Positions 27,501 through 40,300 of a stretch of 64,000 bases of DNA are shown here, piece after piece. Below the pieces are notes generated by a model. The model was not told the DNA's origin. It saw only the letters and a list, made by a program, of their open reading frames with translations, and made no database searches. This stretch comes from Isurus oxyrinchus (Eukaryota), in contig JANJGN010000100.1 of NCBI GenBank assembly GCA_026770705.1, positions 372,001-436,000 on the forward strand. Direction: 5' to 3'. A program made the translations under genes and the position numbers. Numbering within the stretch: the stretch's first letter is position 1; each line of letters opens with the position of its first letter.

Positions 27501-27800
27501 TATTAAATTGGATGGATAAGCAGGTTATTTTCTGGCTGGAACAGTGGCGGGAGTGAAGTTTAATAATTACCGAAATACGAGGCAATGCAATAAGAATGGA
27601 CTCAGAGCCCAGTGTGATTCCAGCAAAGGCATTGTTTAATTTTAGTGTAACGAGGACAGTGTTCGATCCAATACTAACAGCCGCAGGTTGCAGTGTATTA
27701 CTGAACACATCACTGAATCCAGTGTGCTGAGAGCACAGTCGGCGTCTAGTGCATCAAAACCGAAGTTAAGGTGTCATACATTAGTGCGTGTGATTCCGAA
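24590..27800 (+). repeat. Composite element copy B: CTCF head, minisatellite arm (~24690-26150), unique core (~26150-27130), inverted arm (~27130-27800)
   Basis: Core collinear with 5690-6460 plus 7460-7780 (e.g. CCTGATATTCAGTTTCATTA, GAATGTGTTAA, CAGCTTATTGG.AAATG.TCAC.TCAGCATCTCAC). Confidence 0.85.
24625..24658 (+). promoter_or_regulatory. CTCF site (consensus core)
   Basis: GATAATAGC-6bp-TGTCCAGCAGATGGCAGTG; the core matches CCASYAGRKGGCRS exactly. Confidence 0.7.
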
Positions 27801-29239
27801 AACGTTGCAAATAAGTTGCCGAATAACAGAATCAAGGACCATTGAACTCTGAATGGAATAAGGTTTGCGATGGGAACTGTGAACAGATCATGACCGTGTT
27901 GAATATTTATCAACAATCTCAGTCGTGGCTCAGAATATTTGGGTTCCAGTCTCTCTCCAGTTAAAATCCTAGAACTCTCTCCCTAACAACACTGCAGGTG
28001 TACCTACACCATGTGGACTGCAGTGGTTCAAGAAGGCAGTTCACCACCACCTTCTCAAGGGAAATATGGGATGGGCAATAAATGTTGGCCCAGCCAGCGA
28101 AGCTCGCATGCCGTGAATGAATGAGAAAAAGAGACTGGACCCCATAAACTGGGTGGGTTCTGCAGGTGTCAGTATAAATTCAAGTTTAATTGCTTTTACG
28201 TCCTTCTGCCCAATATGTTCTTATACTCAGAATCGATGAGAGAATATAGCAGACAGAACAATCCTGTACAGTGTCCCTATCCAGCCAGACAGGGGTTCCT
28301 GCGACACAATCACACGTTTGACCAGCGCGTTCACTGAAAAACAATTCTTCCAGTTAAATTAATGAAACAAGTGGCGATTTCATGGCCCGGGCAGACTGGA
28401 GTCTGGTATAATAATGATCACAGAGGCAGCCTGTAACATATGAATGACAGAGGCCATTTTTACCGCTTGTACTCTTGCATTGAGCGAGGTAGATGAGCAA
28501 AGAAATCCGAATGTAATTGTACAGCAAACTGGAAGGAAGCAGTTGTGTTTTGGGGAGAGTGCAGGCTCCTATGCGATGATGAGCGGGGGAGGGAATTGTG
28601 TCATAAGAAAGTCATGGAGATATCATGACAAAGGCCCGTGTGACTGACTCCACCTGACTAAGGGGGAGGCAATAAGGACATGGAGACTGCAGATGTTCTG
28701 ATATCTGAGCTGACACTGACGCACCTGACAGAGGAACAGAAACGGATCTGTTCCTTCAGAGCTTTTCCTGCAGTTTTGGAGTTGCACAGAGGCACACGGA
28801 CCGAATCTGACAGCTCAAACAAACCGACATTTTCAATCTTCTGATTGATTTTCATTGTGACTGAAAAGGTCAAATAGCAAAATTTCCCCAGTGCAAAATT
28901 CAGTGCCACAGAGATTCAGGTGGTGGGGATTTTCTGATCAGAGTTCGATCCAGGGGCATTCACTTGGAGTTTATAAATAGCGTCTTGAAAGATACCTGAC
29001 AATTATCAGCATTACACGTACAGACACTTTCAGACGGCAGGATTAGCGCACCAGCTAAACTGTGTAATTATCACATTTTATTTGGGCTCAATAAAGGACA
29101 GAGGAGGTGCCGAAATGATACTGCAACAAGAAGATACATAAATACAGAAAAATAAACAGTAAGAAGAGCAGAGAATCATTGAAAAAGTCTTTAAACCTAT
29201 TGTGCCTGTGTCGGCTCTTTTAAAGGTCTGTCCAATATT

Positions 29240-30390
29240 CCCCATAATGGTCAGGAAAGCGAGATCTCAGGATATGCAGGGGAAGGTGGCAAGTTGGATC
29301 CAAATTTGTCTCATGACAGGAAACAAAGTGCAATGGTCAATGGGAGTTTCTGCGAAAGGGAAACGGTTCCCAGTGCTTTTCCACAACGCTCAGTGCTGGG
29401 CTCTTGCTGTTTGTTGTGTTTATTAATAACTTAAACTTAAATGTGAGAGGCATGATTGGGAAATTTGCAGATGACCCAAAAATTGGTCGAGTAGTGGAGA
29501 GACTAGCTGTGGACTCCAAAATGACATGGACTGGTTTGGTTGAGTAGGCGAAGTGGCAAATGGGATTGAATTTGGAAAAGTGTGAGCTAATGCATTTGAG
29601 AGGGCGGAGGAGACAAAGCAAAGGAATTCTCAATAAACAGAAAGATATTGGGAGGTTGAGGAAGTGCGAGACCTTGGGGTGGATGTTCACAGCTCCCCGA
29701 AAGTTGGCGGGACAGGTGGACAAGGTGGTCAAGAAAACATATGCAATGTTTTTCTTTATTGGGCGAGGTATTGAACAGAAAAGCAAAGATGTAATAATGG
29801 AACTGTGTAAAACGCTGGTTCAACTACAGCTGGAGCTTTGCGTACAATCCTGGTCACCACGTTACAAGAAAGCATAATCGCTCACAGAGAGCTTAGAGGA
29901 GATTTACAAGAACATTGCCAGGGCTTGAAAATAGCAGCTATGAGGAGAGATTAGATATGCTAGGGCTGTTTTCCTTAGAACAGAGAAGGCTAAGGGGTGA
30001 CATGATTCAGGTGTACAAAATGACGAGGGGCCTAGATAGGGCAGACAGGGAAAAGTTGTCTCTCGTCACTGAGCCGTCAGTTATCAGGGGGAACAGAGTT
30101 AAGGTGATTGGTAGACAGATTAGAGGGGACATGAGGAAAAACCTTTTCACCAAGATGGTGGTGGACATCTGGAATTCACTGCATAAGTTGGTGGTTGAAG
30201 TAGAAACGGTCAACCCATTTAAAAGGCACCTGGATCTGCACCTGAACTGCTGTAACCTGCAAGGCTATGGACCAGGTGCTGGGAAGTGGGATTAAAATGA
30301 GCGGCAAGTTTCTTTTATTTTTGGCCAGTGCAATCACAATGGGCTGAATGGCGACTTTCTGCACCATAACTTTTCTAGGGTTCTATGTTT
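29240..30390 (+). mobile_element. CR1 LINE, 3' half of RT and 3' UTR
   Basis: KFADDPKIG; CVQSWSPRYKK; MPGLENSSYEERLDMLGLFSLEQRRLRGDMIQVYK...WNSL; TTCTATG-type tail. Confidence 0.92.
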
Positions 30391-31557
30391 CTATTATCTG
30401 ACAGTTTTTAAGCTCTAAAGTATGTATACTCTTTCCAAAGTTGAATTCGCTTCTGCTATCATTTCAGGTTGTTCTTTCCAGCTCATGACAACTCACCATG
30501 TTAAAAAATTCAGTTCTAATCTCACCATCCAGTTGAATTAATCTAAATCTGTCATCTCTGATTGTTGTGCCAGTTGAAACGGGCTCTCTTTATTTACTCC
30601 ATCAAACCTTTAGTGATTTTGAACATGTGTATGAAAGAGATGTAGAGATGGAGAGAGATGCCAGAACTGACACAGAGCATAAAACTGAGCGAGGTTAAAG
30701 AGAAATAAGGAAGAGGCGGCATGAGAGGTAAATTGAGAAATAAAGCCAACAAGCAACACAGAGCAAATGTCACAAAATATAAGGGAGCAAGCGGTCATTT
30801 CCCAGCTTTAGAGAACAGGGGAAGTTCAGTGAATGATCCACAGACACATCCAGTTATTTTCTGGAATGGCAACTCGAAATAGAAATAGATCACAGCAGCC
30901 CCATTTGTAAATCTCACCGCAATGTGATCTGTGTGACGCTGCACTGACTCTGTGGCCAGATATAGGCCGCCTTCACAGATGTTTCCACCAGATTGTGGCC
31001 CCTAGATTTATTTACTGCTCAGAAGTGAGATGTGTGGTTAGGAACCAGCAGCAGAGAAACAGGAAGTGGTGTTACCTGAGAATGAAACAGCAGCCGTCAG
31101 TTTGATGTTATCACCATGAGCAGTCTTCCTGCCTGTGAGGGTGAACTCACTCTGACAGCATCAAGAAGCCCAGCATAGATTGTTCCTAGTTTTTACATTG
31201 CATTCACCTCCATTCCCATATAAAAAACAAAACATATGAATTTCTATTGGTTGTAGCATGTTTATTGAAGGTGGAGATGGATTAAGGATTATCACTGGGA
31301 GAAAAAAATAAAAAAAATTTAAAAATCCTTCACGGATGACTCTTTGGGTAAAGAATGTTTTAAATGAATCATGTGTTGTCTGGTAAAGGGACAAGAGAGT
31401 TAAATGGCCTCTGTGTAAGAGCGGGGTTAAATAATTTATGTTGTGTCTGAGACAGTTTAAGTGATTAAGTTGCTGTTTTGGAAAGAAAAGAGGACAAGAC
31501 GCTGAGCTGTTGAGAGAGAGAGAGAGACAGAGAGAGAGAGATAAGAGATTAAATGTG

Positions 31558-31687
31558 NNNNNNNNNNNNNNNNNNNNNNNNNNNNNNNNNNNNNNNNNNN
31601 NNNNNNNNNNNNNNNNNNNNNNNNNNNNNNNNNNNNNNNNNNNNNNNNNNNNNNNNNNNNNNNNNNNNNNNNNNNNNNNNNNNNNNN
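31558..31687. other. N run (assembly gap or masked), next to (GA)n
   Basis: 130 Ns. Confidence 0.99.
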
Positions 31688-31699
31688 TGTTTAGTGTAG

Positions 31700-32555
31700 T
31701 CTTAAATGAGCTGTGGCCTAGTGTGTTGTAAACATAAACAGTGTTTGGATCAGTCTAACTGAGGAACATCCTTGTGTAATTTAAAAGCACTCCGGCTTGA
31801 AGGTGATAACTCAGACTAGCCTAATTTAATAGAAATAGAGATATGGACTATTTTAATATTAGATGAAATAGGTTTGGCTGTAACAGTAACGGAGACATTG
31901 TCTAAAGCAGAAAAACTGAGGCTGAATCCACTGCAGCCATTACATATAAAGTAACTGGAGGAAAATAATTTCATACAGCGCCTAGGGGCAGTGATTGATG
32001 ATACAGGGTTTGATGAATATAAACGGAGACACGGTCAAGTGCACTGGCTGATGATACAGGGTTTGATCAGTAACAACTGAGGCAGGGCCTAGTGCAGTGA
32101 TTGACAATACAGGGCCTAGATTAATATCAATTGAAACAGGGCCTAGTGAAGGAATTACTTATTAAGCTCCTTGATGAATATAAACTGAGACGAGGTCCAG
32201 TAGCAGTGATTAGTGTAACAGGGTCTAGATTTAAATGAATTGAGGCATGGTAAAGTGCAGTGATTACTGATACAAGACCGAGATTGATATAAACTGGGAC
32301 AGTGCCTAGTGCAGCGATGACTGTTACTGTGCAGAGATTAATGTAAACTGAGACAATGCCTAGTGAATGAATTACTGATTAAGAGCCTTGGTGAATATAA
32401 AGTGGGGCAGGGGCAAGTGCAGTGATTACTGATGTAAGGCCTAGATTTATATAAAGTGAGGGAGGGTCAAGTTCTGTGATTACTGATACTGGACCTGGGT
32501 TAAAATGAACAGAACAGAATCTAGTACAGCCATTACCGATACATCACCTGACATA
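31700..32555. repeat. Degenerate 27/54-bp satellite, proximal part
   Basis: ATATAAACTGAGRCAGGGCCTAGTGCAGTGATTACTGATACAGGG units. Confidence 0.85.
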
Positions 32556-32557
32556 GG

Positions 32558-33990
32558 TGTACATCCTCATATCCCTCACATGGGAAGGGGACTGCATGCT
32601 GAGGGAGCTCAGGAATGCTCTGATTATGAGTCTACTCAAGAAGGGAGACAAGTCTGATTGCAGTAACCTGAAAGGAGCCCCTTTGCTGTCTTCCAGAGGG
32701 AAGATCATTGCAAGCATCCTCCTTAGTCACAAACTTACCATGACCACAGAGCTCTTTACAGAGGCGCAGTGACATTTTCTCCCATCGAGAGGCACCATGG
32801 TGTTCACTGTGTGACAAATCAATGAGAAATGCCACAAGCAGCAGCAACAGCTGCACACGGCCTTGCTCCACATCACAAATGCCTTTTCCTCTGCTGACGA
32901 TTAAGACATATGGAGTATCCCCTCAAATTTGGTGCCGTCAGAAATTTTTCACCATCCTCCATCTGTTCCACAAGGGATTGCAAGCCCTGATCCTCACCAG
33001 CGGAACCAGCACGGACCCCACCTCTGTGAAAACTGGGTCAGACAGGCTTGTGTAACCGCACCAACCCTCTCCTCATTGGTTTCTCTATGTAATAGTTCAC
33101 CTCACCTCCAGAAGATTTCCCACAGGTGTGGAGATAATCTAGCGAACAGACAGGAAACTGTTGATCCTACACCACCTTCAATCCAAAACCAAAATCTCCC
33201 AGCATCATTCATTGAGCTTCAGTAACCTTCTGGTTCTTGTGTGCACCCTGACTGAAAACTGAGCTCCAGTTTGTTGTTGACAATTTCTTTGAAGGATATG
33301 AAAAAATTGGCTTTTCATTAATCACCCAGAGTGATAAGACTCACTTCCAAACAGCCCCCAGACCACAAAACCTCCCCCATTGGCAAGATCCTGAAAATGT
33401 GGATCTTCTTCAATACCTTCGGAGACTCCTCTCTAGGAAGGCAGAAGTAGGCAACAAAACTCATCATTGAGTCGAAAGCGGCCGGCCAGCCTTTGGCCGA
33501 CAGACGATCACGGTATTTGAGGATTAGAATTCCAAACCCAAGTCTCTGGCCATGGTATACTGGGCAGCAGTGATCTCCAAGCACCTAAATGTTTCTGGAC
33601 TTGGACAACGTCGAGTAGGCACCTCTAAGTTCTGAAGAATTAATACCAGCAGTGCCATTAGAAGGTTCTACAAACCCAATGTAGGAAAGGCAGTCAAACA
33701 GCAGTGTCCTCTCTCAAACCAACATGCCCAACAGAGAGACCCTCATCACTCAATAGAGGCTCTGCTGGGTGGAACATATGGTTCGTATGCTGAACACAAA
33801 ACTCCCAAAGTCATTAATCCACTTGGAACTCTGTCTCGGCAGGAGGCAAATAGAGTGCTTGAGGGATGTGCTCAAAGCATCCCAGAAATGTTCGAACATA
33901 TCTGCCAGTTCATGGGGGTCCCTAGTTTGTGGCTGACCAAAATCAAAGAAGCTTATTCGGGAAGGCTGATGTCCACTAATATCCTTCAGG
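32558..33990 (+). mobile_element. Decayed RTE-clade (BovB-like) LINE inserted in the satellite
   Basis: KKGDKSDCSNLKGAPLLSSRGKIIASILL...LFTEAQ; ...QINEKC...; KTGVRQACVTAPTL (frameshifted); RLCWVEHMVRM...LPK. Confidence 0.88.
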
Positions 33991-34399
33991 GGAGTCATGC
34001 CAGGGTCACTCAGCTCCTGATCCCATTACAGCCTTGGTCTAAACATGGACAAATGAGCTAAAATCTAAAGTTGAGGTGAAAGTAACAGCCTTTGATATGA
34101 AGGCAGCATCTGTCAGAGTGTGGCATCAAGGAGCAAAACTGGAGTCAATGGGAATCAGGGGGGAAACTCTCTGTTGGTCAGTGTCATCTGTAACACAGAC
34201 GAAGCTGGTTGTGGTTGTTGGAGAATTAATCATCTCAGTTCCAGAACATCACTGCAGTTGTTAATTAGGTTAATGCCCTAGGTCCAACCATCTTTAGCAG
34301 AGTCTGCAGATGGCGCATTGGGCTTAACAGCCAAATCAGAACATATCGAAGTGGCATGGCAGCATGTCATCCTCGATCCTGAGGGAATGCCTAAGAGGA

Positions 34400-37300
34400 A
34401 GGAGACAGTCTCTAGATGAATTTAAACCGAGACAGAACATAGTGCAGTGATTACTGATTCAGGTTCTAGATTAATCTGTACGTCTATTACAGAAACAGGG
34501 GTGAGATTGGTATTAACTAAAATAGAGTCTAGTGCAGTAATAACTTAACAGATCTTAAGTATTATAAGCGGAGTAGGGGCATTGTGCAGTAATTATAGAT
34601 ACAGTGCCTCAGTTACTATAAACTGAGACAGGGCCTATTACAGTGAATGCTGATACAGGGCTTAGAATAAAACAACCTGAGACAGCATCTACTACAGTGA
34701 TTACAGACACAGGGCCTAGATTTATATAAACTGAGACCGGGTTTGTTAGCGTAATTTCTGATACAGTGCCTCGGTTAATATAAGCTCAGACAGGGCCTTT
34801 TACATTGATTACTAATACAGGGCCGAGATTAATTTAAGCTACGACTGGATCTATTACAGAGAGTACTGATGCAAGGTAAAGATTCATATAAACTGAGGCA
34901 GGGTCTATTACAGTGATTCCTGATACAGGGTCTATAGTCATATAAATTGAGACAGGGTCAATCACAATGATTATTGATACAGGCTCTAAATTAATATTGG
35001 CTGTGGGCAGGGTTTATTACAGTAATTACCAATACAATGTCTGTATTAATATAAAAAGAGACGTGGTCTATCACAGTGATTACTGATACAAGGTCTGTAT
35101 TAATATAAAGTCTACTACACTGATTATTGATACAAGGTATGGATTGATATCAGCTGAGGCTGTGCTTATCATGGTGACTACTCACACAAGTTTTGGATTA
35201 ACATAAACTGAGACAGGGTCTATTACAATAATTACCAATACAATTCCTGCATTAATATAAACTGACACAGGGTCTATTACAGAGATAACTGATACAAGCT
35301 ATGAATACACATCAACTGAGGCAGGGTCTATTACAGTAATTCTGACACAAAGAATGGATTCATACCAACTGAGAAACCATCTATTACAGTTGTCACTGAT
35401 GCATTGTCTGCGTTAATATAAGCTGAGACGGGGTCTGTCACAGTTATTAATGATCAATGGTCTAGATTAATATGAACTTAGACAAGGTATATTATAGTGA
35501 TTACTGACAAATTATGTATTAATACAAACTGAGAAAGGGTCTATTACAATGATTACTGATACAAGTATGGATTCATATCAACTAATACAGGGCTGATTAC
35601 AGTGATTACTGAAACAAGGTCTGGATTAATATAAACAGAGACAAGATCTATTAAAGTGATTACTGATATATGGTATGGATTAGAATAACCTGACAGGGCC
35701 TGTTGCAATGATTTCTAATACCGGGTCTAGATTAATATAAACAGAGACAGGGTCTATTACAGTGATTAGTAATACAAGATATGGATTGATATAAACTAAG
35801 TCAGGGTCAGCTTCAGTGATTACTGATGCAAGGTATGGATTAATAGCAAATGAGACAGGGTCTGTAACAGGGATTACTGTTACACTATATGGACTGATGT
35901 AAACTGAGACAGGGTCTTTTACAATGATTACTGAGACAATGTCTGCATTAATATAAACTGAGACAGGGACTATTACAGTGATTTATGATACAAGTATGGA
36001 TTAATTTCAACAGAGTCAGGGTCATTACAGTGAATAATGATACAGGGTCTAGATGAATATAAACTGACACAGGGTCTCTTACACTGATTACTGATGCAAG
36101 GTATGGATTAACAAAAATATCAGACAGGGTTTATTACAGCGATTATTGATGTATTGTTTGGATTAAAATAAATGGAGACAGAGTATATTACAGTAACTAT
36201 CAGTACAATGTCTTTATTAGTATTAACTGGGACAGGGTCTATTACAGTGATTACTGATACAAGGCCTGGATTAATATAAAATGAGACAGGGTCTATTACA
36301 GTGATTACTGAAGCAAGGTATGGATTAATCACAACTGAGTCAGGGTCCATTACAGTGATTACTGATACAGGGTTTGGCTGAATATAAACTGAGGCAGGGA
36401 CTATTACAGCGATTAGCAATGCAATGTTTGGATTAATATCAACTGAGTCAGGGCCCATTACAGTGATTACTGATATGGGGTCTAGATCAACATAAACTGA
36501 GGCAGGGATTATTACAGTGATTACCAGTGCAAGGTATGGATTAATATAAACGGAGTCATGGTATGTTACAGTGATTACTGATAGAAGGAATGGATTCATG
36601 TCAACTGAGACATGGTCGATTACAGTGATGACTGATGCAATGCCTGGGTTAATATAAACTTGGACAGGGTATATTCGAGTGATTACTGATACATGGTACC
36701 GATTACAATTAACTGAGACAGGGTCTGTTACATTTATTAATGATAATTGGTCTAAATGAATATAAACTGAGACAGGGTCTCTTCCAGTGATTACTGATGC
36801 AAGGTATGGATTAATAAAAAAATGAGACAGGGTTTATTACAGCGATTATTAATGCATTGCATGGATTAAAAGAAACTGAGACAGAGTATACTACAGTAAT
36901 TACCAATACAATGTCCTTATTAATATTAATTGAGACAGGATCTATTACAGTGATTACTGATACAAGGCCTGGATTAATATAAAATGAGACAGGGTCTATT
37001 ACTGTTATTACCGATGCAAGGTATGGATTAATCATAACTGAGTCAGGGTCCAATACAGTGATTACTGATATAGGGTCTAGATGAATATAAACTGAGGCAG
37101 GGACTATTACAGCGATTAGCAATGCAATGTATGGATTAACATAAACTAAGACAGGGTCTCTAACAGTGGTTACTGAAACAAGGTCTGTATTAATATAAAC
37201 TAAGACAGAGTCTATTACTGTGATTAATGATACAAGGTATGGATTAATATCAACTGAGTCAGGGCCCATTACAGTGATTACTGATATAGGGTCTAGATCA

Positions 37301-40300
37301 ATATAAACTGAAGCAGGGAATATTACCATGATTACCGGTGCAAGGTATGGATTAATATAAACTGAGTCATGGTATGTTACAGTGATTACTGATTCAAGGA
37401 ATGGATTCATATCAACTGAGACAAGATCTATTACAGTGATCCAAAACAAAAACAGAATTACCTGGAAAAACTCAGCAGGTCTGGCAGCATCGGCGGAGAA
37501 GAAAAGAGTTGACGTTTCGAGTCCTCATGACCCTTCGACAGAACTTGAAGTTCTGTCGAAGGGTCATGAGGACTCGAATCGTCAACTCTTTTCTTCTCCG
37601 CCGATGCTGCCAGACCTGCTGAGTTTTTCCAGGTAATTCTGTTTTTGGTTTGGATTTCCAGCATCCGCAGTTTTTTTTGTTTTTATCTATTACAGTGATC
37701 ACTGATGCAATGTCTGGGTTAATATAAACTTGGACAGGGTATATTCGAGTGATTACTGATACACGGTACCGATTACAATTAACTGAGACAGGGTCTGTTA
37801 CATTTATTAATGATAAATGGTCTAGATTAATATAAACTGAGACAGGGTCTCTTTCAGTGATTACTGATACAGGGTATGGATTAATATAAAGTGAGACAAA
37901 GTCTATTACAATGATTGCCAATACAAGGCTTGGATGGATACAAACATAGTCATTGTCTACTTCAGTGATTACTGATACAAAGTATTGATGAATAGCAATT
38001 ATGACAGGGTCTATTATGGTAATTACTGATACATGGTCTAGAGTAATATAACTTGAAGCAGGGTTTATATCAGGGTCTATTACAGTGATTACCAATACAG
38101 AGTCTAGATTATTATAAATGGAGACAGGGTCAATCACAGTGATTATTGATACAAGATCTGCATTAATATAGACTTAGCACTGGGTCTATTACAGTAATTG
38201 CCAATACAATGTATATGTTAATATAAACCGAAACATGGTCTATCACAGTGATTACTGAAACAAGGTATGTACTAATATAAACTGAGACAAGGTCTGTTAC
38301 AGTGATTACTGATACAAATTATGGATTAATTTAAACTGAGACAGGGTCTATTACAATGATTACAGATAAAAGGCATGGATTTGTATCAACTGAGATAGGG
38401 TTTATCACAGTGATTACTGATACAGTGTCTGGATTAGTATAAACTGAGACAAGGTCTTTTACTTTGATTACTGATATATGGTACTGATTAACATAACTTG
38501 AAAGGGCCTGTTACAATGACTACCAATACAGGGTCTAGATTAATATAAACAGAGACATTGACTATTATAGTGATTACCAATACAAGGTTGGATTGATATA
38601 AATTCATTCAGAGTCTACTTCAGTGATTACGGATACAAGGTATTGATTAATATCAACTGAGACAGGGACTTTTATTTTTATTACTGAGACAAGGTCTGCA
38701 TTAATATAAACCAAGGCATGGTCTATTACAGTGGTTACTGATACAAGGTGTTGATTAACATCAACTGAGTCAGGGTCAATTTCAGTGATGACTGATACAG
38801 GGTCTAGATGAATATAAACTGTGTCAAGGTCTATTGGAGTAATTACTATTACAAGTAATGGACTTACATAATCTGAGACAGGGCGTATTACAGTCATTCC
38901 TGATGAAGGGTATGGATTAATAAGTTGATGAACAGAGTTTATTGCAGTAATTAGTGATACAAGTAATGGCTTAATATCCACTGAGAAAGGGTGTATTACA
39001 TTAATTACAAAAAACTATGCCTGTATTACTATAAATTGAGAGAGCGTATCTAACAGTTGTTATTGATACAAGGTATGGATTAATAACAACTGAGGCAGGG
39101 TCTATTACAGTGCTTATTAAACACAGTCTAGATTAGTGTAAATGGAGACAGGGTCAATCACAATGATTATTGATACAGAAGCTAGATGAATACAGAATAA
39201 GGACAGGGCCTATTGCAGTAATTACCAATAGAATGCCTGTCTTAATTAGCGATTACTGATATAAGGTATGGATTAATATCACTGAGACAGAGCTTGTTAT
39301 AGTGACTACAGATACAAGTTTTTAGATTCACATAAACTAAGACATGATTTATTATGGTAATTACCAATGCGATGTCTGCGTTAATATAAACTGAGACAGT
39401 GCCTATTACAGAGCATATTGATGAAAGATATGGATTCACATCAATTGATAGAGGGTCAGTTAAAGTGATTACTGATACAGCGTCTGGCTTAATATAAATT
39501 GAGACAGGGTCCATTACAGTGATTACTGATACAAGTTATGGATTAATATAAACTGAGACAAGGCCTATTACAATGATTAATGATATATGGTATGGATTAA
39601 AATAAACTCAGACAGGGTCTGTTACATTGATTTCTGATACAGGGTCTAGATTAATATAAACTAAGGCAGGGTCCATTAGAATAATTACCAATACGAGATC
39701 TGAATTAATATAAACTGAGACAAGGTATATTACTGTGATAACCAATAGAAGACCAGTATTGATATAAACTAAGTCAGGGTCAGCATCAGTGATTACTGAT
39801 TCAAGGTTTTGATTAATATCAACTGAGACAGGGCCTATTACAATGATTAGTGACACAGGATCAAGATTAATATAAACTGAGAGAAGGCCTAATACAGTGA
39901 TTACCGATGCAAGGCATGGATTAATATCAACTGAGATCGGGTCTATTACAGTGATTACTAATACAGGGTCTAGATTAATATAAATTGAAACAGGGTCTAT
40001 TACAACGATTATTCAAACAGGGTCTAGATTAATATAAACTGAGTCAGCATTTATTAGACTAATTACTAATTCACAGTCGGTATCAATATGAACTGAGACA
40101 GGGTCTATTACAGTGATTACTGATACAGGGTCTAGATTAATATATATGGAGACAGTGTCAATCAGAATGATTATTGATATAGGATCTACATTAATATGGA
40201 CTCAGGACAGCGTCTATTTCAGTGAGTAATAATACAACTTATTGATTAATATAAACTGAGACAGGTACTATTACAGTAATTACCAAAGCAATGTCCGTAA

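Noticed and set aside
34303-34317. CTCF-like TCTGCAGATGGCGCA
   Set aside because: Lacks the CCA start and the upstream motif, and lies in LINE debris.
37382-37664. Near-identical peptides encoded on both strands
   Set aside because: A trivial result of the palindrome.
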